The notes beneath the pieces are model-generated. The model was given only the letters and a program-made list of their open reading frames with translations. It was not told the origin of the DNA and made no database searches. Shown here one piece after another: positions 1 to 12,717 of a stretch of DNA of 64,000 nucleotides. The position numbers and the translations under genes are program-made. Origin of the DNA: Macrostomum hystrix. Lineage: Eukaryota; Animalia; Platyhelminthes. The stretch covers positions 62,001 to 126,000 of the forward strand of contig CATNEN010000008.1 of the NCBI GenBank assembly GCA_950097015.1, read 5' to 3'. Each line of letters starts with the position of its first letter. Within the stretch, counting starts at the first letter, position 1.

Positions 1-1840
1 TGGTCTATTGAGATGCTAGTCTATTCAGATTCTGGTCTATCTAGATTCTGGTCTATTTAGATTCTCGTCTATCTAGATTCTGGTCTTTCTAGATTCTAGT
101 CTATTTAGATTCTAGTCTGTTTAGATTCTAGTCTGTTTAGATTCTGGTCTATTTAGATTCTAGTCTGTTAAGATTCTAGTCTGTTTAGATTCTAGTCTGT
201 TTAGATTCTGGTCTATTTAGATTCTAGTCTGTTTAGATTCTATTCTATTTAGATTCTAGTCTGTTTAGATTCTAGTCTATTTAGATTCTAGTCTGTTTAG
301 ATTCTGGTCTATTTAGATTCTAGTCTGTTTAGATTCTAGTCCGTTTAGATTCTGGTCTATTTAGATTCTGGTCTATTTAGATTCTGTTCTTATTAGATTC
401 TGGTCTATTTAGATTCTGGTCTATCTAGATTCTGGTCTATTGAGATGCTAGTCTATTTAGATTCTGGTCTATCTAGATTCTGGTCTATTTAGATTCTCGT
501 CTATCTAGATTCTGGTCTTTTTAGATTCTAGTCTATTTAGATTCTAGTCTGTTTAGATTCTAGTCTGTTTAGATTCTGGTCTATTTAGATTCTAGTCTGT
601 TAAGATTCTAGTCTGTTTAGATTCTAGTCTGTTTAGATTCTGGTCTATCTAGATTCTAGTCCGTTTAGATTCTGGTCTATTTAGATTCTAGTCTGTTTAG
701 ATTCTAGTCCGTTTAGATTCTGGTCTATTTAGATTCTGGTCTATTTAGATTCTGTTCTTATTAGATTCTGGTCTATTTAGATTCTGGTCTATCTAGATTC
801 TGGTCTATTGAGATGCTAGTCTATTTAGATTCTGGTCTATCTAGATTCTGGTCTATTTAGATTCTCGTCTATCTAGATTCTGGTCCTTCTAGATTCTAGT
901 CTATTTAGATTCTAGTCTGTTTAGATTCTATTCTGTTTAGATTCTAGTCCGTTTAGATTCTGGTCTATTAAGATTCTAGTCTGTTTAGATTCTAGTCTGT
1001 TTAGATTCTGGTCTATTTAGATTCTAGTCTGTTTAGATTCTATTCTATTTAGATTCTAGTCTGTTTCGATTCTAGTCTATTTAGATTCTAGTCTGTTTAG
1101 ATTCTAGTCTGTTTAGATTCTGGTCTATTTAGATTCTAGTCTGTTTAGATTCTAGTCCGTTTAGATTCTGGTCTATTTAGATTCTGGTCTATTTAGATTC
1201 TGTTCTTATTAGATTCTGGTCTATTTAGATTCTGGTCTATCTAGATTCTGGTCTATTTAGATTCTCGTCTATCTAGATTCTGGTCTTTTTAGATTCTAGT
1301 CTATTTAGATTCTAGTCTGTTTAGATTCTAGTCTGTTTAGATTCTGGTCTATTTAGATTCTAGTCTGTTAAGATTCTAGTCTGTTTAGATTCTAGTCTGT
1401 TTAGATTCTGGTCTATTTAGATTCTAGTCCGTTTAGATTCTGGTCTATTTAGATTCTAGTCTGTTTAGATTCTAGTCCGTTTAGATTCTGGTCTATTTAG
1501 ATTCTGGTCTATTTAGATTCTGGTCTATTGAGATTCTGGTCTATTTAGATTCTGGTCTATTTAGATTCTGGTCTATTTAGATTCTGGTCTATTGAGATTC
1601 TGGTCTATTTAGATTCTGGTCTATTTAGATTCTAGTCTGTTTAGATTCTAGTCCGTTTATATTCTGGTCTATTTAGATTCTGGTCTATTGAGATTCTGGT
1701 CTATTTAGATTCTGGTCTATTTAGATTCTGGTCTATTTAGATTCTGGTCTATTTAGATTCTGGTCTATTTAGATTCTGGTCTATTTAGATTCTAGTCCAT
1801 TTAGAATCGGATTCCGATATATTGAGATTGTGGTCTATTT
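1..1840. repeat. 16-bp minisatellite (TTAGATTCT[A/G]GTCT[G/A]T)n, running off the window start
   Basis: Directly visible tandem unit. Variant marker blocks (e.g. GAGATGCTAG, TTCTGTTCTTATT) recur at roughly 370-450 bp spacing. Confidence 0.95.
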
Positions 1841-2167
1841 AGTTCAGAAAAATGAAGGCTTGACAAAATATACGGCCTCGGCCGCGGGCAAAAGCAAAGC
1901 GAATTTGTTTACTCCGAGGTTCTTGTCGCTTTCATCAAAAAGCAGATTAGGACGCTGAGCTTGTCGGCATCTCGGGCTTCGCTAAACTGTGTTCAACAGC
2001 TAAACGCGGCTTATCTGACTGACTGGGTCATTGAATTACACTGCCTCAACCAGGATTAAGTTAATCTCGATTCCCATCTGCATGCATGGGCATGGAATGT
2101 CGAAACACTACTGTTTAGCCTTTCAAGTCGAGAGTCACCTTAGGCCAATGTCTAGGCCCGTATGTCG

Positions 2168-2192
2168 ATGTCTATCTATCTATCTATCTATA

Positions 2193-2263
<71 letters not shown>

Positions 2264-2284
2264 GTATCTATCTATCTATCTATG

Positions 2285-2315
<31 letters not shown>

Positions 2316-2370
2316 ACAGACATCTATCTATCTATCTATCTATCTATCTATTTATCTATCTATTATCTAT
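2168..2370. repeat. (TCTA)n microsatellite
   Basis: Directly visible tetranucleotide run. It explains the YLSI-repeat ORFs in the track. Confidence 0.97.
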
Positions 2371-2992
2371 CTACTGCAGTCTCTCTTAGCAATGACCTCA
2401 AAATGAACTGCATATGAAGTGCCCAGTCATGCGGAAGGCTAGTAATAGTGTGAATTCTTTACTTTTTACTGTACTCGGTAATTGAAGAGGATGCTGCCAG
2501 GAAAGATACGGAACTAAAAAAAGTGGGACGAATGGCGGGATGACGGAAATCGGTTAGAGAGGTACAGGAATCGCCATTAATTCTAGGACGACTTGTCTTC
2601 ACTTGTTTCATAAAGCTACGGTTTCTAGAAATCTGTGTAGGTGTTGAGAAGCAGATGATGGAATCTAGTGTATTCTAATATTGGCTAAATTCTTTCGTTG
2701 ACTGAAAAATGCGAATTCCTCAGCACTGCGTTCATGCCTGTGTGGGACATAATCAAATTCCTGATTGCACTTGTAAGTTTAAATAGGCCAGAATTTATAA
2801 GCAGCGCGGAGCGTGCAGTGTCGAAGTGGAGGAGGGCGGTCGGCTTCTAGAAATCGCCAGCTTTCTCGCGGAAGCCCTTCAAAATGGTTTAGTGACGAAA
2901 ATGAAATTTGAAAATAACGTGAAATATTATTGACTAAACCTCTGGCGTCAAAATGAGGATCGACTATTGGCAGTCGACCACTGAAAACAGAA

Positions 2993-3183
2993 CGTGTCGA
3001 ATGTGTCGAATGTCAGTGACTGTGTGTCGAATGTCAGTGACTGTGTGTCGAATGTCAGTGACTGTGTGTCGAATGTCAGTGACTGTATGTCGAATGTTAG
3101 TGACTGTGTGTCGAATGTCAGTGACTGTGTGTCGAATGTCAGTGACTGTGTGTCGAATGTCAGTGACTGTGTGTCGAATGTCG
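2993..3183. repeat. 21-bp minisatellite (GTGTCGAATGTCAGTGACTGT) x ~9
   Basis: Directly visible near-perfect tandem unit. Confidence 0.95.
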
Positions 3184-4793
3184 CAAAATTTAGACGCAAA
3201 AAAGCTGACTATTTAATCAATTTTCTTTCTTTCCATTTCTATAAACTCTTTAAAATTTCTGCGTGAGGTTGCTGTTTTCCAATAGTTGATGTTGGTTTAC
3301 CCAAGAATTGTCTGAAATTTAATCTTTAGGGAATTAATGTGCAGTAAGTACATGATGCAAACAATTAATTGTCTTTTTGGTCGACGTTTAATCAGAAAAT
3401 TGTAGAGCGGCTTTGTATAGATACAAGTGTTTTGGTTGCTATGATGCTCGCTACAATGGTTAGGGTTGATTTAATTTTTTAACAGTAACGAAGGCTTACT
3501 CATTCCCCAAGCCAAAAAACAATACAACAGACACAGAATCGTTCGCCTGTATTTTTGCCTCAGAATTCTCAGTGAAAGCTCGTCATAGAAAAACCTTGCG
3601 TGCTCTGCACTGAAGCTTTTATTTGTTTTAAATAATTTTCGTGAGCAAAACCGTGAATTTATTTTACATTTCGTTCAGAAAATTTAAACACAAATATTTT
3701 TTCTAGCAATGCCCGTGAAATACAGATAAAAATAGTACCAAGAATCTATAATTTTTTTAAATATTATTCTTTTATTGATGCCTTACTAACAAAACTATTT
3801 GTATATCTCTGCTTTATGTATATCTGGTCCGCCTAGCTACAACCTTGGTTGATTGTACGAGTGGACTGACTTTGGCACTATTTTAAAAGTTGCAAATTCT
3901 TGTATAATACAATAAAATATTATGTTTTAACAAAATAATACAAAGGTTAAAGTACAACGCCTTGACTAGACTTTTTTTATAGTTTTAAACTGAAACGATT
4001 TAAAGAGCTAATCAGAGAATATATAATGATCCTTAGATTTCTCAAAGGTACAACTCCGCTGCTACTTAAATTAATGAGAAGTTAGTAGTCAGATGTGGTT
4101 ATAATTTAAATAAATGGCAGAATCGTGAGTAAACTGGACAAAAATATATCATATTAGACATGAAATATTATTATATGATTGTATAAAACAAAAAATAAAA
4201 AAATCTAGAAAATAACAAAGTGCTGTCTCAGAAAAATAAGCAAAATTAAATTTATAACAAAAACTCTGCGTTCAAAATGGGAATATGCATATTTAACTTA
4301 CAAAGTAAACTTACAATGAAAGAAAGAAAATTATGTGATTTCAATTTTTGTTGGCAACTAATTTAAGTAGAATAAATTCAATTGTAAGGCCTGTAGAATA
4401 CAAGAACACAACAGAAAAACAACGACTAGATTAACTCATCTTGCTCTTAGACATTTTATTAAGACGACCTCAATGTTCATTTATTACCTGTCTTGTTACT
4501 CCTGAGTACTACTTTCTTGAATTGTCATTGAATTGTTACCCCCGAAAAATAAAATCTAGAAACACCATTTTCTTCTTCCTTACAAACAACATTACAATGG
4601 AGCTTTAATCTGGGTTCTAATTATATACTTTTTAATTAGGCATTTTACATTTTATATAAGACACATTTCAGCTTTAAAATGGGTATTAGAGGCCACTTGT
4701 GCAGAACCTGGGGTGGGTAAAACTAGGCCTTGCTGTCCGCAGACCCAACTAGATTGGGTTTCATTTCAACCTGTCAATTTGGTAGTTGCTCAT

Positions 4794-7700
4794 TCACTGA
4801 ACGGAACAAACACGGGACGGCTTCTTAGTCTCCGAAGCTGATGCCGATGTTGCAAATGACGAGTTTGATGAACCTGACAAAGAAGTTGACTGTCTCGGCT
4901 GCGTTCGCTGCTGCTGCTGCTGCTGCTGAGATGGCGGCACCGAGTTCCATCGTCCAACTGAGCCGAACTGTCGCTGCAGGCTGCTCACCGCCTGCAGATT
5001 CTGAGCCAGCAGGCCCTGCTGCTTGGCCAGCTCAAGCCGCATGGACTCCAGCTCGCGCCTTAGCTGCTCCTCTCGGTTGCGCGCCTCCTCCGCCTCTGTT
5101 CGACTCGCCGATTCCAGGGCTGACAGTTTCCGCTCGGCCAGCAGTTTCTCCTGGCGCAGTACGTGCAACTCCTCCAGCAGCGGCGCCGACGATGCCGATG
5201 ACGCTGACACCGAGGCCGCCGCAGGAGTTGACATCACCGACGAAGCTGACGAGGTTTGGCGCGTCAACGAGGCCGGCGCTGGCAGATTGGCGGCCGCGTC
5301 GAATTCGCGCTTCACCCAGGTCGGCAGCGGCTCCGGCTCCGGCGCCGAGTCCGACGAGTCGCGCCGGTCGCCTGCGGCCGACGTTGCCGCAGCCAGTCGA
5401 TGTGCTGTCGATGACGATGAGACGCTTCGATTTCGACGCTGTTGCGGTTGCTGTTGCTGCTGCTGCTGTTGCTGCTGATGCTGATGTCGATGATGGCTTG
5501 GTGCCGGGGCAGTTGTCTCCACCTGCACAATGAGGCTATCGCGCTGGGCAAGCACCGGGCCCAGGCTTACTTGCTCGACCGCTGCCGCCGCTGACGACGG
5601 CGTCGAGTTAGCTCTACGGCTATTGTTGAGCTTCAGAATCGGCACGGGTGCCAGATGGGTCTCCGGATGCGCGCCTCGACGTCCGTTGGCTCTGGCATGG
5701 CCGCTGCCGCCAGCGCCGCTGCTGCCTCCCTCGCCGGCGTCGTCTCCGGCACCGCCAACCGAGTCGTCTGAGTCATCGGAGTCCAGGCTGTCAAACGAGC
5801 GCCGTCGCTGACGTTGCTGAAACGGGTGCCGGTCGGGCAGCGGCACGCGGAGGCCCCATAAGAGCAACTCGCTGTCGGCCACTCGGCACAGAGTGAAGCG
5901 TGGGCCGCAAACCACGCTGGAGACAGCCTTGCCGTCCAGGCCCTGAACTTCCACGATGCCGCCTTGGGCCTTTGTGGTGCCCAGGCCCAGCTGGCCTGGA
6001 TACGGTGAATAAAGTTTTATTGCCCAATCATAGCATCAGCGAGAGGGTAGGAAAGATTTCTTTGCCCGATCACAACCCCAGCTATAGGGTAGGAAGGATT
6101 TTATTGCCCAATCACAACCCCAGCTGGAGGGTAGAAAATATTTATTGCCCACTTGCACCCCAGCTAGAGGGCAGGAAATATTTATTGCCCAATCACAACC
6201 CCAGCTAGAGGGTAGGAAAGATTCATTGCCCAATCATAATCCCAGCTAGAGAGTAGGAAAGATTGATTGCCCAATCATTACCCAAGCTAGAGGGTAGGAA
6301 AGATTTATTTCCCACTTGCACCCCAGCTAGAGGGTAGGAAAGATTCATCGCCCAATCATAACCCCAGCTAGAGGGTAGGAAGTTTTTATTGCCCAATCGC
6401 AAGCCTGCAGTGCACAGGCTGCACTTTCTCAAACCTTCACAATTGCGCCCAAACGTGACCACGTGATTCGGCTCCACCAGCACCGCCGTGTGCTCTGGTC
6501 CCATGCTGAGGCTGATAACCTTGAATCTAGCCAGCGCGCGCACCGGAGTCGGCTCTTTGACGCCGTCGACGTCCAGCTTGTTGAACATATTTTTCATGGT
6601 CATTAGGAAGCCCTGGCGCTGGTTGAGGCCCAGTTTGTTATAGCGATTGTTGCCAGCTGCTAGGACTGAGCCGGCATCCGTTAGGAACATGCTGCCGTCT
6701 GAGCCGGCGTAGACTGCTCGGATTCTCTGCGGCTCCTGCCAACGAGGTGAGTTTCTACCGACTGTAGAACTTGCCTTCCATGTCCAGTTCAGTGCTGGTT
6801 TTGTTTGATACCGTTCACTCAGTCACACTGTCACGCTGTCACTCTGTCACTCTGTCACTCTTTCACTCTGTCACTCTATCACTCTGTCACTCTATCACTC
6901 TGTCACTCTATCACTGTCACTCTATCACTCTGTCACTCTATCACTCTGTCACTCTATCACTCTGTCACTCTATCACTCTGTTTATCTTTCACTCTGTCAC
7001 TGTCACTTTTTCTCTCTATCACTTTGTCACTCTGTCACTGTGTCACTCTGTCACTCTATCACTCTTTCAATCACTCTGTCACTCTGTCACACTATCACTA
7101 ACTCTGTCACCCCGATGTTATGCCCGTAAACTAGAATAGCCCGTAAACTAGAATACCGCTAATCTAAAATTCCAAATCCACAAAAGTGTAATCCTTTGTT
7201 GGGAATTTAACTCCAGCTCAGTCCTAATCCCGCAAGTTAATCATCTGACAGTGCCTACCTGAATTGGCACCGGTGTTGGGGTACACCTGTCCGTATGGTC
7301 TCGAAGTCCGGAGCGGCCGTCTGCTCCTCGACCCCACGCGAAGACGCGACCCTCTTTGCTAGCCGCAACCACGTGCTGCGGTCCGCAGGCGATGGCGCTG
7401 ACGTCCACAGTCAGGAGAGACTCGATGAGTTTAGGCCGAGCCACCGACACCCAGTCGCCGTGACCCAGACAGCCGTGGCTGCCATTGCCGCAGGTCATCA
7501 CAATGCCATTATCTGAGGCGAACACGCTGAACGCTGTGCCGCAGTTGGCTCTGTTGATGCTTTTGTTTCTCAGAGCGTCAACCAGCGCCGGCTTGCTGCG
7601 CGGAATCAGGTCCTCGTGGCCCAGCTGACCGCTGGCGTTCTCGCCCCAGGAAAAGACCGACCGCTCCGAGCTGACCGCGATAGCGTGGGTGTCACTGCAG

Positions 7701-9486
7701 CAGATTGAATGAATGCGCAGCTTTGACGGCAGATTGTAGGGTGACAACGACAGGGTGGCCAGGTTCATTGCGTAGAGCACGGAACGCTTTTCCGGCCGAG
7801 AGCCTGTGAGAAAAGTTTTTTCTAAATTATGCAGGATTTCTACGATTCCTGTGGGATTTCTACGATTCCTGTGGGATTTCTACGATTCCTGTGGGATTTC
7901 TACGATTCCTGTGGGATTTCTACGATTCCTGTAGGATTTCTACGATTCCTGTGGGATTCCTACGATTCCTGTGGGATTTCTACGATTACTGTGGGATTTC
8001 TACGATTCATGTGGGATTTCTACGATTACTGTGGGATTCCTACGATTCCTGTGGGATTTCTACGATTCCTGTGGGATTTCTACGATTCCTGTGGGATTTC
8101 TACGATTCCTGTGGGATTTGTACGATTCCTGAAGGATTTCTACGATTCTTGTTCGATGTTCTTATTTTTTTCTTGTTTTTTTCGAGTCCGGTAAAGTTTT
8201 TGGACGGGTGTCGAGTGAGGCAGTGGGTGTCCTATAATACAGTGGGGTGTCTATGAGGCAGTGAGGTGCCCTGTGAGGCAGTGGGTGTCCTGTAAGGCAG
8301 TGGGGTGTCCTGTGAGGCAGTGAGGTATCCTGTGAGGCAGTGGGTGTCCTGTAAGGCAGTGGGGTGTCCTGTGAGGCAGTGAGGTGTCCTGTGAGGCAGT
8401 GAGGTGTCCTTTGAGACTGTGGGTGCCCTGTGAGGCAGTGGATGCCCTGTGATGCAGTGGGGTGTCGCTCACCGCTGCCAGATCCCATCTGTCCTCCACC
8501 GCCGCCGACGCTGCCCCTCGCCGAAATGGCTCCGTCGTCGTCGGCATCCGTGGACGAGTCGGTCTCGTTCGCCTTTCTGATGAGCGGCGGCAGAAGCTTG
8601 TAGAGCAGATCGGCCGCTGTTGGCCGTTTCTCCGGCTCCCTATTCAGCAGCATCTTGGCCACAAGGTCCTTGAACTCCGGGCTGTAGTTGCCCTTGACAG
8701 GCGCAAACTGTCCCTTCATGATTTTGTTGACTAGGGCCGGCAGATTTGAGCCTTCGAATGTCTTCTGCTGGCAGGCGATCTCGTACAGCACGCAGCCGAG
8801 CGCCCAGATGTCGCTCTTCTCGTTGTAGTCCTTGCCTTCGCACATCTCCGGTGACAAATAGTAGGGCGTGCCCAGCACCGTGGAGGCTGCGTGCCGGCTG
8901 GTTGACATCATCTTGGCGATGCCGAAGTCGCCAACCTAAGATATTTTTACAAATTAACATTTTTCCGTATTTAGTATCGCGGCTGTTTTAAGCTACTTAT
9001 AGTAGAAAGGAAAGAAATTGCACAGAATGCTGATACTACCTTAACAATGTTGTCCTTGGTTAGAAAAATATTAGCCGTCTTTAGATCCCGGTGCAGAATC
9101 TTGTGCGAATGAAAGTGATGTATAGCCGACACAATCTGTTGAAAGTAGTAAAGAGCCTCCTTTTCGCTAAGCGGCTCGCGACACTCAGCCAAGTACTGGG
9201 CTAGGGTGCCGCCGTCTGCGTATTCCATTTCGATCAGCAGCACGCCGTCCTCTTCGAAGCTGTCGAAGTAGCCAATGATGTTCGGATGATCCAGCAGCGA
9301 CAGCACCTGACAGGATTTATGTAGTCAAATACGCTGTTGAAAAATCTAATTTTGGCTTCAAGCTCTCTATCCCCAATGTACAGTCTTCTAAAGGCTCCAA
9401 AATCTCTACTTCAATGTACAGCATTCTATAACCCTCAAACCCTCTACCCCAATGTACAGTTCTTGATATACTGCAAACCACTATCC

Positions 9487-9517
<31 letters not shown>

Positions 9518-10732
9518 TGCAGGAGGGCTGCGAGAAACGGCACATCACTTAGTGACACTAGACCTGCAGCCATCGAGGAGGCAATTCTGCCCATTTCGCT
9601 GACTCCTGAGCACACAAGCAAACAGATACTGTGCGCAGGCACAGGTGTGTACATCTGCCCTGACTTTCTCATCCTCAGGTTGACCCTCAAGGGCGTAAAT
9701 TGCACGACAAGCCCCCAAGCCTTCTCTCCGCGGCTGCGACCGAAATGAATGTGGCCTAGTCACGGAATCGAGCTCAGGAGCCTTGGTGCGAGAGGCAAAC
9801 GCGTTAACCGCTCTGCCACCGACCCCCAACCACGATCCTAAATGTACATTCACAGTTTCCCAGCATTCCCAACGTTCTGTGTCCCGAAAAGACGTACACC
9901 TAACATACTAACCTTGATCTCGTTGAGACAAAGCTGTCTCTCTGGCGCCGTCAAGTCGTGCATGTTGATCTCCTTGAGAATGACCAACGAGTCGTCGTCC
10001 TTCTTGCGGTAGAGCACAGCTGTGCCGTACGCGCCCTTGCCCACTGTGCGGATCTTCTCGAAGCCTGCCAGACTCTGTCCGCTGTTGGCTGCGAAGATTC
10101 GCAGCTTCTCTGGCTTATAATAGACGTCACCAACTCGATAATTTCGTCCGCGTTCGTCGATGTTTCGCTGAATAATGACGTCGAGACCCCAGAGTTCGCG
10201 TGACAGTGAAACCTCAATGTCTGGGCCGAGCAAAGTGCGAAGCTCTTGAAGTACCGACTGTGCGCCAATGAAGGAGAAAAATACGTTTAGCGCCTGGTTT
10301 TACTTCGTAAAACGAACCAGCACTTATAATTCGCTGCGGTCTCACCTGAGCCTCCTGCGTGTCCGCATTACTGCAGGCCAGAAAGTCCATCCGCTTGCTG
10401 CCTAATTCGTGGCTTAGGAAGGCGGACGACACGTGGAGAAAAAAGTTGCGCACCTCGAAGCAGGTTTTTACGCTCTCCAAGTTGAACAGCCGCAGTCTCT
10501 GGTCCTCCTCCATGCAGATCTGCACCGCATTCAGAGTGCTATTGAAGATGAAGCCGATGTTATAAGCTTTCCGGCCATTCAAGCCAGCTGAAATGGCATC
10601 TGTGAGGCCTTGCAGACCGCAATCGTGCGGCGCGACGACAATCTTTGTGTTATTCAGCACCACGTGCTCCACCGAGGAAATGGCTCGAAACTTATCGGTG
10701 ATGACGATCACGGAGCGAAGTGGCGCCTCCAT
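4794..10732 (-). CDS. NEK9: NEK9/NEK8-like (Niki/NEKL-1 group) Ser/Thr kinase: DUF4347-like N-terminus, kinase domain, RCC1 repeats, coiled coil, C-terminal CaaX; 7 exons, ~1169 aa
   Basis: Exons (minus): 10732-10346, 10257-9913, 9306-9040, 8935-8473, 7803-7259, 6735-6435, 5995-4794. All introns are GT-AG, phases join, total 3510 nt. Kinase motifs: GKGAYG, LKEIN, HRDLKTANIFL, DFGIAK, GTPYYLSPE. RCC1 repeats: FSWGENASGQLG, TCGNGSHGCLG, FAWGRGADGRSG, TFGRNCEGQLG. NEK8 vs NEK9 orthology was not tested. Confidence 0.92.
6010..6395. repeat. ~42-bp minisatellite in NEK intron 6
   Basis: Repeated TATTGCCCAATCACAACCCCAGCTAGAGGGTAGGAAAGAT-like unit. Confidence 0.9.
6815..7105. repeat. 8-bp-based (TCACTCT[G/A])n array in NEK intron 5
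   Basis: Directly visible. Confidence 0.9.
7832..8150. repeat. 20-bp minisatellite (GATTTCTACGATTCCTGTGG)n in NEK intron 4
   Basis: Directly visible. Confidence 0.95.
8205..8465. repeat. ~20-bp minisatellite (GAGGCAGTG[G]GGTGTCCTGT)n in NEK intron 4
   Basis: Directly visible. It is the second array in this intron and abuts the splice donor. Confidence 0.9.
9488..9820 (-). mobile_element. tRNA-derived SINE, family A, copy 1 (NEK intron 2)
   Basis: Minus strand starts GGTGGCAGAGCGGTTAACGCG (A-box-like) with GAGCTCGATTCC (B-box-like) and ends in an (ATT)n tail. The body is shared with copies at ~27.1, 33.2 and 49.7 kb. Confidence 0.88.
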
Positions 10733-12717
10733 GGCGCGAGTTTCTGACGGGCCCGCCAAGCGGCTGCGCTTACTGACAAAATTACTTTTGGGCCTTGCGT
10801 CTAGGGCTGGAATGAGATTGCTAGGATTCCTGATCTAATCAAAGCATCATATGATAATAAAATCTTGAAAGTATTTTCAAATTATAATTATAAATATGAT
10901 GTTTAACGTTTGTGTTGTACAAATACAATTGTAAAATATTTTAAACTACACATTCATATTTACACAAACGCATTATTTCATGACTACTGGTGTCCTAAGC
11001 CATGCAATATTGAATCTATAATATAGATTACTAATACAGGAAGATGCATGACACTTAATAAAATGCACAAGTGTGTAAAAAATTAGAAGTTTGGAGCACG
11101 CAATTCCAACCTATACAAAATTTAACTCACTTTCTATTTTACGTTGCCTAGATTCTTTGGTATGTTATATTGCTGTGGAAATATATATACTGCGATAAAA
11201 AGAGCTTGAAAGTTTAGAAAAGCATAAATGTCTACCATAAACTATTGTCATGCCCTTATGAATTGTCAGAATTGAAAGCACCCATAGTTGTACTTTTCAA
11301 GGATAGAAGATTTCTTTAATCGATAACATGTAGAGAGGATTTTAAGCTGATTCGTAAAAAAATATTAATAATGGATAAATACTCAATGTGTAAGTACCTG
11401 TAAGTTGTAATATGCTATAACAGGATCTACGTTTAGAACTTCTGTTCTAATAAAAAACATAGTTAAAATATAGGGAAATTCAAAATCTAGCAAATATCGA
11501 GTATTGTGCTTTGATTCAGGTCCCAAGTCAGGTGATGTTTTCTAGGCAAGAAAGTAGCTGGCGATAAAAAGCCACAATTTTTTGTTTTAAACTTGCGAAA
11601 GCATGTTATTTACAATAGATTAGACGATAAAACAAAGCACAATTTTAATTTAACAAAATAACTTTGAGCTATGCTGAGTTTTATGTTTAAACTAATTAAA
11701 ATATTTTTTCTACGCTCAGCAGCATGCAAAAAGTTAATATAATGTCATGACTCGCTTTCTGATTTGACATGATCAGTTTCCTATTTAGTTTTCGTGCTGG
11801 GTGTTGGCATTTATCGCACATTATAAGTTTTTTAACAGTATTTTCGAGCATAAATAAGTACCGTCGGCAACAAAATTGTGTACTTCTTCTATATTCTGTT
11901 TAATGTTGTATATTAAAATTGTTCACTTCGCTACTGATCTTACTTTTAATTTACAGTTTTTTTTGTCTGACATTGTTTTTAATACACTGGATAGCGGATG
12001 GTTATGGTTACTTATATATATTCAATCAAATGAACACAAATAATTACATTGTATAAAGTCATTAGAATATATGCATAATAGCTCCAATTCCATCACTTTT
12101 TAATCATTCTAATTTCTCACTAGTTTCTTATTCTATTGGTTTTGTTCTATAGTGTATACATTTAAACTTATTCCTAACACTTGCTATGTTTAATTTTCTC
12201 GAATCAGTAATGAGTAATATCAATGACTGATCTAGGGGTTATGAATCCCGTGTTTTTGCATTTATTAGGAGTTTAAACACACCTATTCAAGCACAAACAA
12301 TAAGCTTTTTACATGTATTTTTTGCAAAAAAAACTTTACATCTTGTTTTTGTTCCTGTTAAAAGTGATCAATAATTAGTTTTTACCTATATATAATGCAG
12401 AAATTTTTCAATTTTAGTTCCTAAGGTGAGATATCTTAGACAAATAAGTTTAATGGTTATTTAATGGTATATTTTCCCACTAAATTTTTGCATTTTACTA
12501 ACAAATAAACAAATTTTACTAACTTATTATTTATGTATCTAGCTTGTGCAAATAAAATTTTCTCCTTTTTGGAAAGCAGTTTTCAAACTCGGATATAAAT
12601 CTCCCCAATTGACCATTTCAGCCATAAGCAGAACCGAAAGCCATCCCGGCTTCAATTCTGGAGTCGTATTGAAAGCAAAACTTCAAGCACAATAATCGAT
12701 ACCAATCGTTCTTAAAA

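Noticed and set aside
1861-2060. Start-less plus-strand open frame DKIYGLGRGQKQSEF...LHCLNQD*, a possible terminal exon
   Set aside because: There is an in-frame stop just upstream, no convincing phase-compatible acceptor, and no recognisable homology.
4841-5896. Plus-strand and alternative-frame ORFs overlapping GC-rich exons (also at 22660-23077, 35273-35766, 48248-49251, 57469-58211)
   Set aside because: These are shadow ORFs expected from GC-rich, repeat-codon exons, and the true frames carry the conserved motifs.
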